Under the pieces are notes generated by a model. It ran no database searches. It was given only the letters and a program-made list of their open reading frames with translations, and was not told where the DNA came from. Positions 36,183 through 45,988 of a DNA stretch of 64,000 nt are shown in pieces. The position numbers were made by a program, and so were the translations under genes. The stretch is from positions 219,389-283,388 of the forward strand of contig JAKLDN010000001.1 of assembly GCA_022703505.1 (NCBI GenBank), read 5' to 3'. This stretch comes from Spirochaetota bacterium. GTDB lineage: Bacteria > Spirochaetota > Spirochaetia > Treponematales > UBA12059. Numbering within the stretch: position 1 is the stretch's first letter; each line of letters starts with the position of its first letter.

Positions 36183-36964
36183 GGCAACCGGGCCTCGAGT
36201 TCCCCCTCCCCGTCGAAGGACCAGGACAGGGCTCGCAGCGCCTCCAGGGGCAGGGCGGGACTCCGGACCGTCCGCAGGGAAACCCAGCCGACGGAGAACT
36301 CCCTCCCTTCCAGCACCCCCGTCAGGGGCCCCGGCTTCCGGGGGAAGTCCAGCAGTCCGCCCCCGCCGCCTCCGGTCAGCCGCGAGAGCCGATACCTCCG
36401 AGGGCCGAAGAGGGGGGCGAGAGGGCCGGCCAGGTCCAGGACCCGGGCTTCCAGGGCGCAGTCCGATCCCTCCACCCGCACCCGGGACAGCACGGGCACG
36501 GCGTTCCGGTCCGGCACGGCCAGGTCGCCGGAAGCCCCCGCCGCGGTCGCCTCGTAGGGCACCAGGCGGGCGACTTCCCGGCCGGGCACCAAGGGGTGCC
36601 AGACCGAGGTCTCCCCCGCGGCCAGGCCCAGGAAGGAGAGGACCAGCACGGCCAGGGGAATTCCGGCCCGGCCCGGGAAGAACGCGGACAGGCATCCCAG
36701 GGCCCCCCAGGCGCCCGCCCAGATCCAGAGCGTCCGGTCCGCGAGCAGGGGTTTGGGCGGAAGGATGAGGAGCGCCGCCAGGCAGGCGACCGCCGCCGCG
36801 AGCCCCAGGGAAACCCCGCTGAGAACCCGTCGGGGTTTGCCCCCCCGGCCTGACCGGCCGGCGCTCAGGGCGAGCAGGCAGAAGGCCGCCGCCGCCCCCA
36901 GGGAAAGCCCCCCGAGGGCCGCAGCGGCCCAGCCGGCGCCCGCGGCGGCCAGCTCAGAATCCAT
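36179..36964 (-). CDS. hypothetical membrane protein
   Basis: The 261-aa ORF has 3-4 N-terminal TM segments followed by a soluble domain. Its start overlaps the upstream carboxypeptidase stop by 11 nt. Confidence 0.5.
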   Translation of the reverse strand: MDSELAAAGAGWAAAALGGLSLGAAAAFCLLALSAGRSGRGGKPRRVLSGVSLGLAAAVACLAALLILPPKPLLADRTLWIWAGAWGALGCLSAFFPGRAGIPLAVLVLSFLGLAAGETSVWHPLVPGREVARLVPYEATAAGASGDLAVPDRNAVPVLSRVRVEGSDCALEARVLDLAGPLAPLFGPRRYRLSRLTGGGGGGLLDFPRKPGPLTGVLEGREFSVGWVSLRTVRSPALPLEALRALSWSFDGEGELEARLP

Positions 36965-38471
36965 AGATCTCCGCGTACTTGCGGTTCAGGTAGTCCACGA
37001 AATGAGCGGCGTCCAGGGGCTTGCCCGTCACCCGCTCGCAGAGCTCGTTCGGGAGCAGGGCCGCCCCGGGCGCGTGGATGTGCTTCCTAAGCCAGCCGAG
37101 CACCGAGGCGTAGTCTCCCTCCCGGAGGCGGCCGTCCAGGTCCAGGTCCTTCCGCAGGGCCTGGACGAACTGGGCGGCGTAGAGGTTGCCCAGGGAATAG
37201 CTGGGGAAGTAGCCGAAGAGCCCCGCGGACCAGTGGACGTCCTGGAGGCAGCCCTTGGCGTCGCTGGGCGGCTCGATCCCCAGGAGGTCCCGGGTCTTGG
37301 CGTTCCATGCCGCCGGGACGTCCTGGACGGCCAGGCGGCCCGAAAGGAGGTCCGCCTCCATCTCGAAGCGCAGGATGATATGGAGCCCGTAGGTGACCTC
37401 GTCCGCCTCGGTCCGGATCAGGGAGGGCTCCACCTTGTTGATCCCCCGCAGGAAGGCGTCCAGGGAGACCCCGGACAGGACCTCCCCCAGGACGGCCCGC
37501 AGGGCGGGATACTCGCGGCTCCAGAAGGGGCGGCTGCGGCCGACCACGTTCTCCCACATCCGGGACTGGGACTCGTGGATCCCCATGGACGCCCCGTCGG
37601 CCAGGCAGGTCCCCGCGTACTCCGCCGGGGGGTTCACCCCCTGCTCGTAGAGGGCGTGGCCGGTCTCGTGGATCGTGGAGAAGAGGCTGGAGAGGAAGTA
37701 CCCCTCGTCGTAGCGGGTGGTGATGCGGACGTCCGCCCGGCCCACGGTGGTGGTGAAGGGATGGGCGGTGACGTCCAGCCGGCCGCGGTCGAGGTCGTAG
37801 CCCAGGAGCTCCATGAAGTACCGGCTGGCCGCGGTCTGGGCGTCCTTGGGGCAGGGTTTACGCAGGAAGGAGTCGTCCACCTGGGGCCTGGACCGGATCC
37901 GGGCCAGCAGGGAGGAGAGGTCCTTCCGCAGGGGGTCGAAGACCCGGCGGACCTGCGCCTCGTCGCTCCCGGGCTCGAAGAGGTCCAGGAGTACGTCGTA
38001 GGGCTTCTTGGCCGGGTCCAGGCAGGCCGCGGCCCGGCGCTTGAGGTCCAGGATGCGCTCCAGGTGGGGCCGGAAGGCGGAAAAGTCGTTCTCGGAGCGG
38101 GCCCGGACCCAGGCGGACTGGCCGAGGCTCTGGGCCTTCGCGGTCTCGGTGACGAGGTCCGCGGGGAGCTTCACCTCCCGGGCGTAGGTCCGGTACAGGA
38201 CCCGCAGGAAGGCGCGGGCGTCGGGATCCAGGGACGGGTCCCCCCCGGGGTTGGAGTCCGAGCAGCCCAGGGCGGCCAGGTGTTCGCCGATCCGGGGGTC
38301 GACGGCCTTCTCGTGGGCCGATCCCTCCAGCCAGGCCAGCTGCTCCGCGCGTTCCTCCTCCGCCCCGGGGGGCATGTGGGTCTCCTGGTCCCAGGCCAGA
38401 AGGGACGCGATGTGGGCGACCAGGACGCGTTCCCGGTCCAGGTCGATCAGATTCTGCAATTCCGGTTTCAT
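36954..38471 (-). CDS. M32 carboxypeptidase (Taq type)
   Basis: HETGHALYEQG (HExxH), HPFTT and the IRTEADEVTY motif are present. The start is taken at MKPELQNL (38471). Confidence 0.9.
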   Translation of the reverse strand: MKPELQNLIDLDRERVLVAHIASLLAWDQETHMPPGAEEERAEQLAWLEGSAHEKAVDPRIGEHLAALGCSDSNPGGDPSLDPDARAFLRVLYRTYAREVKLPADLVTETAKAQSLGQSAWVRARSENDFSAFRPHLERILDLKRRAAACLDPAKKPYDVLLDLFEPGSDEAQVRRVFDPLRKDLSSLLARIRSRPQVDDSFLRKPCPKDAQTAASRYFMELLGYDLDRGRLDVTAHPFTTTVGRADVRITTRYDEGYFLSSLFSTIHETGHALYEQGVNPPAEYAGTCLADGASMGIHESQSRMWENVVGRSRPFWSREYPALRAVLGEVLSGVSLDAFLRGINKVEPSLIRTEADEVTYGLHIILRFEMEADLLSGRLAVQDVPAAWNAKTRDLLGIEPPSDAKGCLQDVHWSAGLFGYFPSYSLGNLYAAQFVQALRKDLDLDGRLREGDYASVLGWLRKHIHAPGAALLPNELCERVTGKPLDAAHFVDYLNRKYAEIYGF

Positions 38472-38564
38472 GGAATCCACCTCGTGGTCGTGCGAATGTC
38501 GCCCGGGGGACGGCGCGGGCCCCGGTCGGGTCGGGGCGGAGGAAATCCTACCACCCCCCGGACG

Positions 38565-38593
38565 TTGACGCAAGGCTGGAATCCCGCCACAAT
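38565..38593 (+). promoter_or_regulatory. sigma70-like promoter
   Basis: TTGACG, a 17-nt spacer, then CACAAT. GAAGGAG follows, then the GTG at 38612. Confidence 0.45.
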
Positions 38594-38611
38594 ACCCCGA
38601 AGGAGCGCCCC

Positions 38612-41257
38612 GTGAGCGACACCCCCGCGAAGAAACCCCGCACGTTCCTCCGTATCCTCGGGATCCTCCTGGCCCTGGTCCTGCTGGCGATCGCGGTCCT
38701 GTCGGCCGTTTCCTTCCTGGATCGGCAGCCGATCACGGACCTCGTCCCGGACGGATTTTCCGCCTACGTCCGGGTCGCCTCGGCCGGGAAATTCTTCGAA
38801 TCCCTCCTGGCCCTGGAAACCGCGGACGCCCTCCTGGCCGCCCCCGAGGCCGCCGGGGTCCGGGCCCTGGTGGACGCCCTGCGGCGGGATCCCTTCCTGC
38901 GGAGCCGGGCCTTCCGGATCCTCGCGGACGTGAGGATGGACGGGGCCCTGTACGGCCCGGCCTACCTGGCCGCGGTGGACCTGGGGATCCGCTCCGCCCT
39001 GACCCGGACCGCCCCCTTCTGGGGGCCCTGGCTGAGCATCCCGGGCCTGACCTACAGCCGCTCCTCCGGGACCTCCCGCTTCCTCTACCGGGCCGGGGAT
39101 ACGGTGATCCACGCCGCGGTCCGGAAAAACCTGCTTGTCCTCGCTGGGGACGAGGGGCTCCTGGAGCGCGCCCTGGCGTCGGGAGGAGCGGGACGGGACG
39201 CCGAGACCGCGGAGCTCCTGGCCGGCCGCGCCCCCCGGGACCTCCGCATCCTCCTGCGGACCGCGGAGCTCCTGGCCGGCTTCCGGGGCGATGCCGATCC
39301 GGCGGGCAGATTCCTGGCGGACCTCAAGCTTCCCGGGTTCGCCGCTGTGGACCTGAGCCTCTCGAACGCGGCCGTGCAGCTGACCCTGGAGCTTCCGGTC
39401 TCCTCGGACCGGGCCGCCCTGGCGGCCCTGATTTCCGCCCGCTCCCGGCCGCCGGCGGTCCTCTCCGTCCTTCCCGAGTCCTCCCGGTACTTTTCCGTCC
39501 TGGCCGCGGGAAGCCTGGAGCAGGTCCGGGACGCGGCCCTCCCCCTCCTGGGGGCCGAGGAAACCTGGAGGCAGGCGGATGCCGCATCCAAGGCCGCCCT
39601 GGGCATGGGCCTGGAGGACCTGCTCCTGTCCTGGTCCGGGGACGAGTTGGGGGCCTTCGGCCTTTCGGACCGGACCGAGCCCGTGTTCTTCCTGAAGGTC
39701 CGGGACGAGGCCCGAAGGCGCAGGGTCTTCCAGGAGGCCTTCCAGAGCGGCACCCTGGGGGAAGACTCCGCCGCGGTCCTGGACGGGATCCGGGTGCCCC
39801 GGATCGTCTTCCCCTGGTACATCCGGGCCCTCCTCGACGCCGCGGGCGCGGACGTCCCCCAGCCCTACTTCCTCGTGGAGGACGGCTACCTCCTCGTCTC
39901 GACCTCCGCGGAATCCCTGGTCTCCGCGGCCCGGGAAGCCCGGGCGGGGAAGACCCTGCCCCGGACGGATTCCTGGCGCCGGGTCTCCGCCGGGATCCCC
40001 GCGGACGCCGCGGCCATGATCTACTATTCCCTGGACCGGAGCGTCCCCTTCTTTCTCCGGGGAACGGGCCCCCTGGCGGAATTCCTCCGCCGCTACGGCG
40101 AGGGCACGGCCTCGATCCGCTTCGGGGACGGCCGGATGAAGCTGGCCCTCTCCGCGGTCGCCCTGGGCGGCCGGGGCACCCGGGACCTCCCCGGCTTCCC
40201 CCTCCGGACGGAACGGCGCCCCGTCGGGGGCATGGAGGCCGGCCGGGGCCCGGACCGCAGGGTCCGGCTCTACTGGATGGAGGAGGGCGGCACCCTGGTT
40301 TCCTACCTCCCCGCCTCGGGGATCCGGAAGGCCCTGAGCCTGGACGACTCGGGCCACTTCGTCCTGGAGACCCTGCCGGACGGCACCGTGGCGGCGGTAT
40401 GGGCGGTCTCCCGCAGGGGCACCGTCTGGAGGCTGGACCCGGATCTCGCGGCCTCGGAGGGCTTCCCGCGAGCCACCGGGGCCCGGCCGGCTGCGGCCCC
40501 GACCCTGGCCCCGGATCCCGAGGCCAAGGGCACCTCCCCGGCCCTCCGGCTCCTCGTCCCCCTCCGGGACGGGGGGATCCTCACCGTATCCTCCTCCGGG
40601 ACCGAGGGCTCCCTGCCGGTCACCTTCGAGGATCCCGTGTCCGTCCCGATCTCCCGCTGGAACGGATTCCTTGGAATCTACCCCAAGAGCTTCGACGGGA
40701 CCCTCTGGATCCTGGACTCCGGCGGCCAGGCCCTCCCGGGCTGGCCCGTCGCCCTCCCCGGGATCGGATACGGATCCCCGGTGCTCGCCCCCCTGGGATC
40801 CTCCTTCCGGGCCGCCTTCCTGACCCAGGCCGGCACTCTCTCCTGCTGGAACGACCGGGGCGAGCCCGTCCCGGGATTCCCCGTCGACCTGGAGGGAGTC
40901 TTCTACGGCACCCCGATCTTCGCGGCGGACGCCTACTGGGCGGTCTCCGAGTCGGGGACCCTCTACCGGGTGGGCCTGGACGGACGCCGGACCCGGACCG
41001 ACGTCCGGGGCCTGGGAAGCCGGGAACCCGTGCTCGCGGCGCGTGACGTGGACGGGGACGGACGGCCGGAAATCTTCGTGTCCGGGGACGGCAACGCCCT
41101 GTACGGCTTCGATGCGGACCTGGAGCCCCTGACGGGGTTCCCCGTCCAGGGAACGGGACGGCCCGCCTTCGCGGACCTGAACGGGGACGGCCGCCCGGAA
41201 CTGGTTTCCGCGGGGGTGGACGGAACCGTCCGGGCCGTCACCTTCCAAGCTCCCTGA
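38612..41257 (+). CDS. large N-terminally anchored exported protein with C-terminal FG-GAP/beta-propeller-like repeats
   Basis: The 881-aa ORF has an N-terminal TM segment. C-terminal repeats read PGWPV, PGFPV, TGFPV, DVDGDGRPEIFV and DLNGDGRPELV. Confidence 0.7.
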   Translation: MSDTPAKKPRTFLRILGILLALVLLAIAVLSAVSFLDRQPITDLVPDGFSAYVRVASAGKFFESLLALETADALLAAPEAAGVRALVDALRRDPFLRSRAFRILADVRMDGALYGPAYLAAVDLGIRSALTRTAPFWGPWLSIPGLTYSRSSGTSRFLYRAGDTVIHAAVRKNLLVLAGDEGLLERALASGGAGRDAETAELLAGRAPRDLRILLRTAELLAGFRGDADPAGRFLADLKLPGFAAVDLSLSNAAVQLTLELPVSSDRAALAALISARSRPPAVLSVLPESSRYFSVLAAGSLEQVRDAALPLLGAEETWRQADAASKAALGMGLEDLLLSWSGDELGAFGLSDRTEPVFFLKVRDEARRRRVFQEAFQSGTLGEDSAAVLDGIRVPRIVFPWYIRALLDAAGADVPQPYFLVEDGYLLVSTSAESLVSAAREARAGKTLPRTDSWRRVSAGIPADAAAMIYYSLDRSVPFFLRGTGPLAEFLRRYGEGTASIRFGDGRMKLALSAVALGGRGTRDLPGFPLRTERRPVGGMEAGRGPDRRVRLYWMEEGGTLVSYLPASGIRKALSLDDSGHFVLETLPDGTVAAVWAVSRRGTVWRLDPDLAASEGFPRATGARPAAAPTLAPDPEAKGTSPALRLLVPLRDGGILTVSSSGTEGSLPVTFEDPVSVPISRWNGFLGIYPKSFDGTLWILDSGGQALPGWPVALPGIGYGSPVLAPLGSSFRAAFLTQAGTLSCWNDRGEPVPGFPVDLEGVFYGTPIFAADAYWAVSESGTLYRVGLDGRRTRTDVRGLGSREPVLAARDVDGDGRPEIFVSGDGNALYGFDADLEPLTGFPVQGTGRPAFADLNGDGRPELVSAGVDGTVRAVTFQAP

Positions 41258-41273
41258 TCCCTAGGAGGCCCCC

Positions 41274-42416
41274 ATGAGCCCTGCCCGAACCACGGCCCGC
41301 CCGACCCGTCGGCCTTCCCGCACCTGTCCGGGGGCACCCGCTCCGCAGTCTTTCCCGGCCGCCCTGCGGGCCTGTCTGGCGGCCCTGGCCGCCGGGGCCC
41401 TGCTGGCCTCCTGCGCGACGGTCCAGAGGGACCTGACCGTGGAGCGCTTGCCCGAGGACGGATACGCCGTCCTGGATTCCCATGAACGGGATCTGGTGCT
41501 CCTGGAAGCCCAACCGGATCGGGCGGCCCTGGATGCCCTCCGGTCCCGCCTGGCCGAGACCGGCTCCCGCCCCGTCCTGGAGCGGACCTGGTCGGCGCGT
41601 CTGGCCGCCCTGGCCGGCCGGGCCGCCCTGCTGGCCCAGGACCGGCCCGTCGCGGACCGGGAACTCCGGAAGGCCCTCTCCCTGAACCCCGCGGACGAGG
41701 TCGCCCGGGTCCTGGAGATCCGGCTTGAGCGAAATGCCGACAAGCGGAAGGCCCTCCTGGAGGAGGCCCTGAAGACCGCGGAGACCCAGGTCCGCCTCCG
41801 GGCCGAGCTGGGCCGGATCCTCCTGGCCGAGGGGCGGTACGCCGAAGCCCTGGCCGCTTTCGACGCCTCCCTGCCCTTCCTCCCGGAGCCCTACGAAGCG
41901 GTCTACGGGGCGGAGCGTCGCCGGGCCCTGGCCCTCCGGGACGCCTCGGCGCCCGCGGGATCGGCCCTGCTCTCCGACCGGCCCGTATCCCTCCAGGACC
42001 TGGCCGCCCTGGTCCAGGCGGAGAGTTCCCTGGTCGACTTCCTGACCGGCGGCAAGGACTGGGCCCCCGGCATCCTCTTCGAGCGCCTTCGGGCCGGAGG
42101 TTTCTACCCCGATCCCGCGGCCCCGGGTACCGCGGCCGCGCGCCGGGGGGAGGCGGCCTTCCTGCTCTGGCACCTGGCGGCGAACCGGAGGAACGACCGA
42201 TCCCTCCTGCGCAGGTATTCCGACCGGTACCGGGCTCGGCCGAACCCCGCGAGCCCTGTCCCGGACGTGCCCCTGGAGGCCCCCTGGTTCGACTCGGTCC
42301 TGGGCTGCGTGGAGCGGGAGATCATGGAACTGCCGGACGGCCGGAACTTCCGCCCCCTGGATCCGGTCTCCGGTCTCGAGTTCTACCGCTGGCTCCGCCG
42401 AGCCGCGGACCTTTGA
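41274..42416 (+). CDS. lipoprotein with helical (TPR-like) repeats
   Basis: A signal peptide with lipobox (ALLASC) is followed by Ala/Leu-rich helical repeats. Confidence 0.6.
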   Translation: MSPARTTARPTRRPSRTCPGAPAPQSFPAALRACLAALAAGALLASCATVQRDLTVERLPEDGYAVLDSHERDLVLLEAQPDRAALDALRSRLAETGSRPVLERTWSARLAALAGRAALLAQDRPVADRELRKALSLNPADEVARVLEIRLERNADKRKALLEEALKTAETQVRLRAELGRILLAEGRYAEALAAFDASLPFLPEPYEAVYGAERRRALALRDASAPAGSALLSDRPVSLQDLAALVQAESSLVDFLTGGKDWAPGILFERLRAGGFYPDPAAPGTAAARRGEAAFLLWHLAANRRNDRSLLRRYSDRYRARPNPASPVPDVPLEAPWFDSVLGCVEREIMELPDGRNFRPLDPVSGLEFYRWLRRAADL

Positions 42417-42438
42417 TCCGGAGAGAGGGAAGGCGGCC

Positions 42439-44514
42439 GTGTACCTGCGGGAACTGACCCAGAGCGTGTCCGCCCTGAAGGGGGCGGGTCCTTCGGTCTG
42501 CGCCCGGCTGGCCCGGCTGGGGGTGTACACCGTGGCGGACCTCCTTCTCAGGGCGCCCCGGGCCTACGAGGACCGCTCCCGGGCCGTGCCCTTCCGGGAG
42601 GCCCTGCGGACCGGCCTCCCGGCGAACACGGTGGGGGTGGTGACCGCCCACGACTGGTTCGGCTACGGCCGGACCCGGACCCTCAAGATCCTGGTGGACG
42701 ACGGGACCGCCGTCGCCGCCCTGGTCTGCTTCAACCGGGCCTTCCTGGCGGACCGCCACCCCGTGGGCTCCCGGTCCCGGGTCACCGGAAACCTGGCCCT
42801 CCGGTTCAACGAGCTCCAGGCCGCCTCCTTCGAAATAGAGGCGGCCGCGGAGGGACAGGGCCCCGAGGCGGGGGTCCTTCCCGTCTACCCCCTCACGGAC
42901 GGCTTGGCCCAAGGTACCGTCCGGAAGCTCGCGGCCCGGGCCCTGGCCGAGTACGGCCGCCGGGTGGAGGACGAGGTGCCGGTCCGGATCCGGGAGCTCC
43001 GGGGCCTGCCGCCCAAGGCCCGGGCCTTGGAGGACCTGCACGCCCCGGGCGACCCGGAGGCCGCGGAGCACGCCCTCCGTGCCCTGGCCTACGAGGAGCT
43101 CTTCTACCTCCAGGTCCTGGTGCGCCGCAGGGCCGCCGCCCGGGCGGAGCGCCCCGCGGACCGGTCCGCGGGCCCCCCGGCCCGGGCGGGGCTCCGCCCC
43201 CGGCTCCTGGAGCGCCTCCCCTTCCGCCTTACCGCGGACCAGGAGAAGGTGGCCGCCGAGATCGCCGCGGACATGGAAAAGCCCCGCCCCATGGCGCGCC
43301 TCTTGCAGGGGGACGTGGGCTCGGGTAAGACCCTGGTCGCCTTCCTGGCGGCCCTGAAGGCCGTCGAGTCCGGGGGGCAGGCGGCCCTGATGGCCCCCAC
43401 GGAGCTCCTGGCCCGGCAGCACGCCCAGACCGCCGCCCGGCTCCTGGAGCCCCTGGGGGTGCGCCTGGCCTTCCTGACCGGCAACCTCCGGGACGCCTCC
43501 CGCCGTCCCCTCCTGGCGGCCCTGGCCGCGGGGGAGGTGGACTTCGTCCTGGGGACCCACGCCCTCTTCTCGGAGGACGTGGAGTACCGGCGCCTGGCCC
43601 TGGCGATCGTGGACGAGCAGCACCGCTTCGGGGTGCTCCAGCGCCTGGCCCTGTCCCGCAAGGGCGGCGCACCGGACCTGCTCATGATGACCGCCACTCC
43701 CATACCGCGGACCCTGGCCCTGACGGTCTACGGGGACCTGGAGGTTTCCACCATCCGGACGATGCCTCCGGGCCGGAAGCCCGTGGTCACCCACCTGGCC
43801 CGGCACGGCAACGAGGCCAAGGTCTACGAGTTCGTTCGGAAGGAGCTGACGGAGGGACGGCAGGCCTACTTCGTCTACCCCCTGATCTCCGGCAGCGAGG
43901 CCGGGTCGCTCAAGGACGCCGAGGCCATGGCCCGGCACCTGGCCGAGGAGGTCTATCCCGGGATTCCCGGAGGCCTCATCCATTCGAGGTTGCCGGACGA
44001 GGAGAAACGCTCCGTCATGGAGGCCTTCACCCGGGGCGGGCTGCGGTACCTGGTCGCCACCAGCGTGGTCGAGGTGGGCGTGGACGTGGCTGCGGCCACC
44101 TGCATGGTGGTCGAGCACGCGGAGCGCTTCGGCCTGGCGGCCCTGCACCAGCTCCGGGGCCGGGTGGGCCGGAGCGAGGCCCAGTCCTACTGCTTCCTGG
44201 TCTATTCCCGGGACCTCTCGGAGGAGGGAAAGCGCCGTCTCAAGGCCATGAAGGAGACCACGGACGGGTTCGCCCTGGCGGAGGAAGACCTGCGCATCCG
44301 GGGTCCCGGCGAGATCGCGGGCATCGCCCAGTCGGGCTCCCTGCGGCTGGCCTTCGCGGATCCGGTCCGGGACGCGGACCTCCTGGAAACCGCCCGCCTG
44401 GACGCCGCCGGGATCGTGGACCGGGATCCGGGCCTTTTGGAGCCGGAGCACCGGGTGATCCGGGAGGTCCTGGATCGGGCCAACCCCTTCCCTGCGGAGA
44501 GCTCCGGAGCCTAG
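42439..44514 (+). CDS. recG: ATP-dependent DNA helicase RecG
   Basis: There is an N-terminal wedge/OB region. Helicase motifs are GDVGSGKT, DEQHRFG and TATPIPRTL, followed by the TRG-region motif QLRGRVGR. The start is GTG. Confidence 0.95.
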   Translation: MYLRELTQSVSALKGAGPSVCARLARLGVYTVADLLLRAPRAYEDRSRAVPFREALRTGLPANTVGVVTAHDWFGYGRTRTLKILVDDGTAVAALVCFNRAFLADRHPVGSRSRVTGNLALRFNELQAASFEIEAAAEGQGPEAGVLPVYPLTDGLAQGTVRKLAARALAEYGRRVEDEVPVRIRELRGLPPKARALEDLHAPGDPEAAEHALRALAYEELFYLQVLVRRRAAARAERPADRSAGPPARAGLRPRLLERLPFRLTADQEKVAAEIAADMEKPRPMARLLQGDVGSGKTLVAFLAALKAVESGGQAALMAPTELLARQHAQTAARLLEPLGVRLAFLTGNLRDASRRPLLAALAAGEVDFVLGTHALFSEDVEYRRLALAIVDEQHRFGVLQRLALSRKGGAPDLLMMTATPIPRTLALTVYGDLEVSTIRTMPPGRKPVVTHLARHGNEAKVYEFVRKELTEGRQAYFVYPLISGSEAGSLKDAEAMARHLAEEVYPGIPGGLIHSRLPDEEKRSVMEAFTRGGLRYLVATSVVEVGVDVAAATCMVVEHAERFGLAALHQLRGRVGRSEAQSYCFLVYSRDLSEEGKRRLKAMKETTDGFALAEEDLRIRGPGEIAGIAQSGSLRLAFADPVRDADLLETARLDAAGIVDRDPGLLEPEHRVIREVLDRANPFPAESSGA

Positions 44515-44581
44515 GAGCCTGTCGGACTTGTGGATTTTTAGCACCGATAGGCGCTAAAAATCCCGATTATTCGGCTCCTAG
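44511..44581. mobile_element. CTAG-bounded hairpin element (subfamily 1), followed by a 5' fragment of subfamily 2 (44578-44597)
   Basis: CTAG-GAGCCTGTCGGACTTGTGGATTTTTAGCACC-GATA-GGCGCTAAAAATCCCGATTATTCGGCTC-CTAG. The first CTAG contains the recG stop. Confidence 0.8.
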
Positions 44582-44608
44582 GAGTTTGTCGCGGGCGCCG
44601 ACTCGGGC

Positions 44609-45832
44609 TTATCCCTCCCGGCGGTACACCAGGCCCGAGAAGCCGTCCCGTTTCCGCTCGAAGGCTCGGGTCCAGCCCGAAGGCTTGCGGCGGTCGAAGC
44701 GCCCGGCCTCGGTGGGGCGGCCGACCATCACGAAGGCCGACCCGGGGGCGGCGGACCGGGAAGCCCGTTCCCAGATAGGACCGATCCAATCGAACTCGGG
44801 GACCGGGTCCGGGAACTCCACGATCAGGTCGAAACCGCCCTCGAACGATTCCCCGGTTTCCAGTCCGTCGGATTCCGAGAGCTCCGGGGAAAAGCCCGCG
44901 GCGGCCAGGTTCCGGCGGGTCGCGGCGGTCTGCAGGCAGTCCCGGGAGACCAGCCGGAGTCTCTCGACCCCGAATCTTCCGCAGAGGTACAGGGCGAGAT
45001 GGCCCGGTCCGGGATTCCCGATCGACACGCGCCGGATCACGGCATCCCCGGCGGCACGGGCGCAGAGCCCCGCGGCCAGGACCGCGGCGTAGGAGGGGGT
45101 ATCGAAGTCCGGAAGCCCCCAGTACCCGGACAGAGGGTACCGGATCCCCGCCAGCTCGAAGGCCGAGCGGCAGCGCTCGTACACGGCCAGCTCGTCGGCC
45201 GCGGGGGGAAGCTCCGTCCCCCGGCCCCCGGCGATCACCGTATGCCCGGGTCCCGCCTCCTCCTCATGGATCTCCGCCCCCGAGGCCAGGGCCGCTGCCC
45301 GGACCGCCGGGGCGATGGGATTCACCACCACCAGGGCGAAACGGCCGTCCTCGGAGAGAGCGGACGGGAGGCGCCGCACGAAGTCCTCGATGACCGGGGG
45401 CCCGGCCTTGGCCGGAACGTTGGAGACGATCCGGTCGAAGCGGCGGCCCGCCAGGCCGGCCAGGGTCAGGCCCGTCCCCCAGGACGCGGGCTCAAGGCCG
45501 TTGGCCCGGGCGTTGCGCGCCGCGAAGGCCGCGGCCAGGGCGTCCCGGTCCCGGAAATGGATCTCCGAGCCCGGCGACGCCGAGCCCAGGGCGATCCCCA
45601 GGATCCCGACCCCGCAGCCCAGGTCCAGGAGTGACCGGGCGCCCTCCGCGAACCTCGAGCGTGCCAGGACCTTGAGCAGGAGCCTCGTTCCCCGGTCGAT
45701 GTCGAAGGAGCTGAACAGGGCGTGGGACAGGTCCAGCCTGAGCTCCCGGCCGGAATAGCGGAAGGAGACGGATTTATGGATGTAGGGGTCGAGGGAAGGG
45801 AGTCGGGCGGGGGACGCGAACGGTTCAATCAT
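44609..45832 (-). CDS. SAM-dependent methyltransferase with two MTS-like halves (RsmC/RlmG-like)
   Basis: LLDLGCGVGILGIAL and VSNVPAKAG are present. The start is ATG 45832, or alternatively TTG 45838. Confidence 0.7.
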   Translation of the reverse strand: MIEPFASPARLPSLDPYIHKSVSFRYSGRELRLDLSHALFSSFDIDRGTRLLLKVLARSRFAEGARSLLDLGCGVGILGIALGSASPGSEIHFRDRDALAAAFAARNARANGLEPASWGTGLTLAGLAGRRFDRIVSNVPAKAGPPVIEDFVRRLPSALSEDGRFALVVVNPIAPAVRAAALASGAEIHEEEAGPGHTVIAGGRGTELPPAADELAVYERCRSAFELAGIRYPLSGYWGLPDFDTPSYAAVLAAGLCARAAGDAVIRRVSIGNPGPGHLALYLCGRFGVERLRLVSRDCLQTAATRRNLAAAGFSPELSESDGLETGESFEGGFDLIVEFPDPVPEFDWIGPIWERASRSAAPGSAFVMVGRPTEAGRFDRRKPSGWTRAFERKRDGFSGLVYRREG

Positions 45833-45856
45833 GTCCAAGGGCTATTTCGGTATTCC

Positions 45857-45988
45857 GTGAATTGGTGAATTGTGAATAGGTGAATGGGAATGAAAGGTTG
45901 AGGAGCGAAGCCATGTCCGGGCATGCCTTCTGCCTGTCCAACCCCATTCACCCATTTACATATTCACCTATTCACCTAAGTATTCACC
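45857..45988. repeat. inverted GTGAAT hepta/octamer arrays (locus C)
   Basis: The left arm at 45857-45895 reads GTGAATTGGTGAATTGTGAATAGGTGAATGGGAATGAAA. The right arm at 45943-45988 reads CCCATTCACCCATTTACATATTCACCTATTCACC..TATTCACC and overlaps the efp stop. Confidence 0.85.

Noticed and set aside
38468-41248. Very long track ORFs: 926 aa at 38468..41248 (-), 740 aa at 42322..44544 (-), 707 aa at 5070..7193 (-), 596 aa at 19275..21065 (-), 498 aa at 3..1499 (+), and the N-terminal two thirds of 1936..4002 (-).
   Set aside because: Their translations are Gly/Arg/Pro-rich and low in complexity. Each lies antisense to, or out of frame with, ORFs that carry unmistakable family motifs (RecG, MCP, the His enzymes, SulP and the cyclase). 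These are typical stop-codon-poor artefacts of GC-rich DNA.
44511-44581. CTAG hairpin elements as ordinary rho-independent terminators.
   Set aside because: The long stem is not followed by a U-tract on either strand, because the A/T runs are inside the stem. They may still affect 3' ends, but they do not fit the canonical intrinsic-terminator model.
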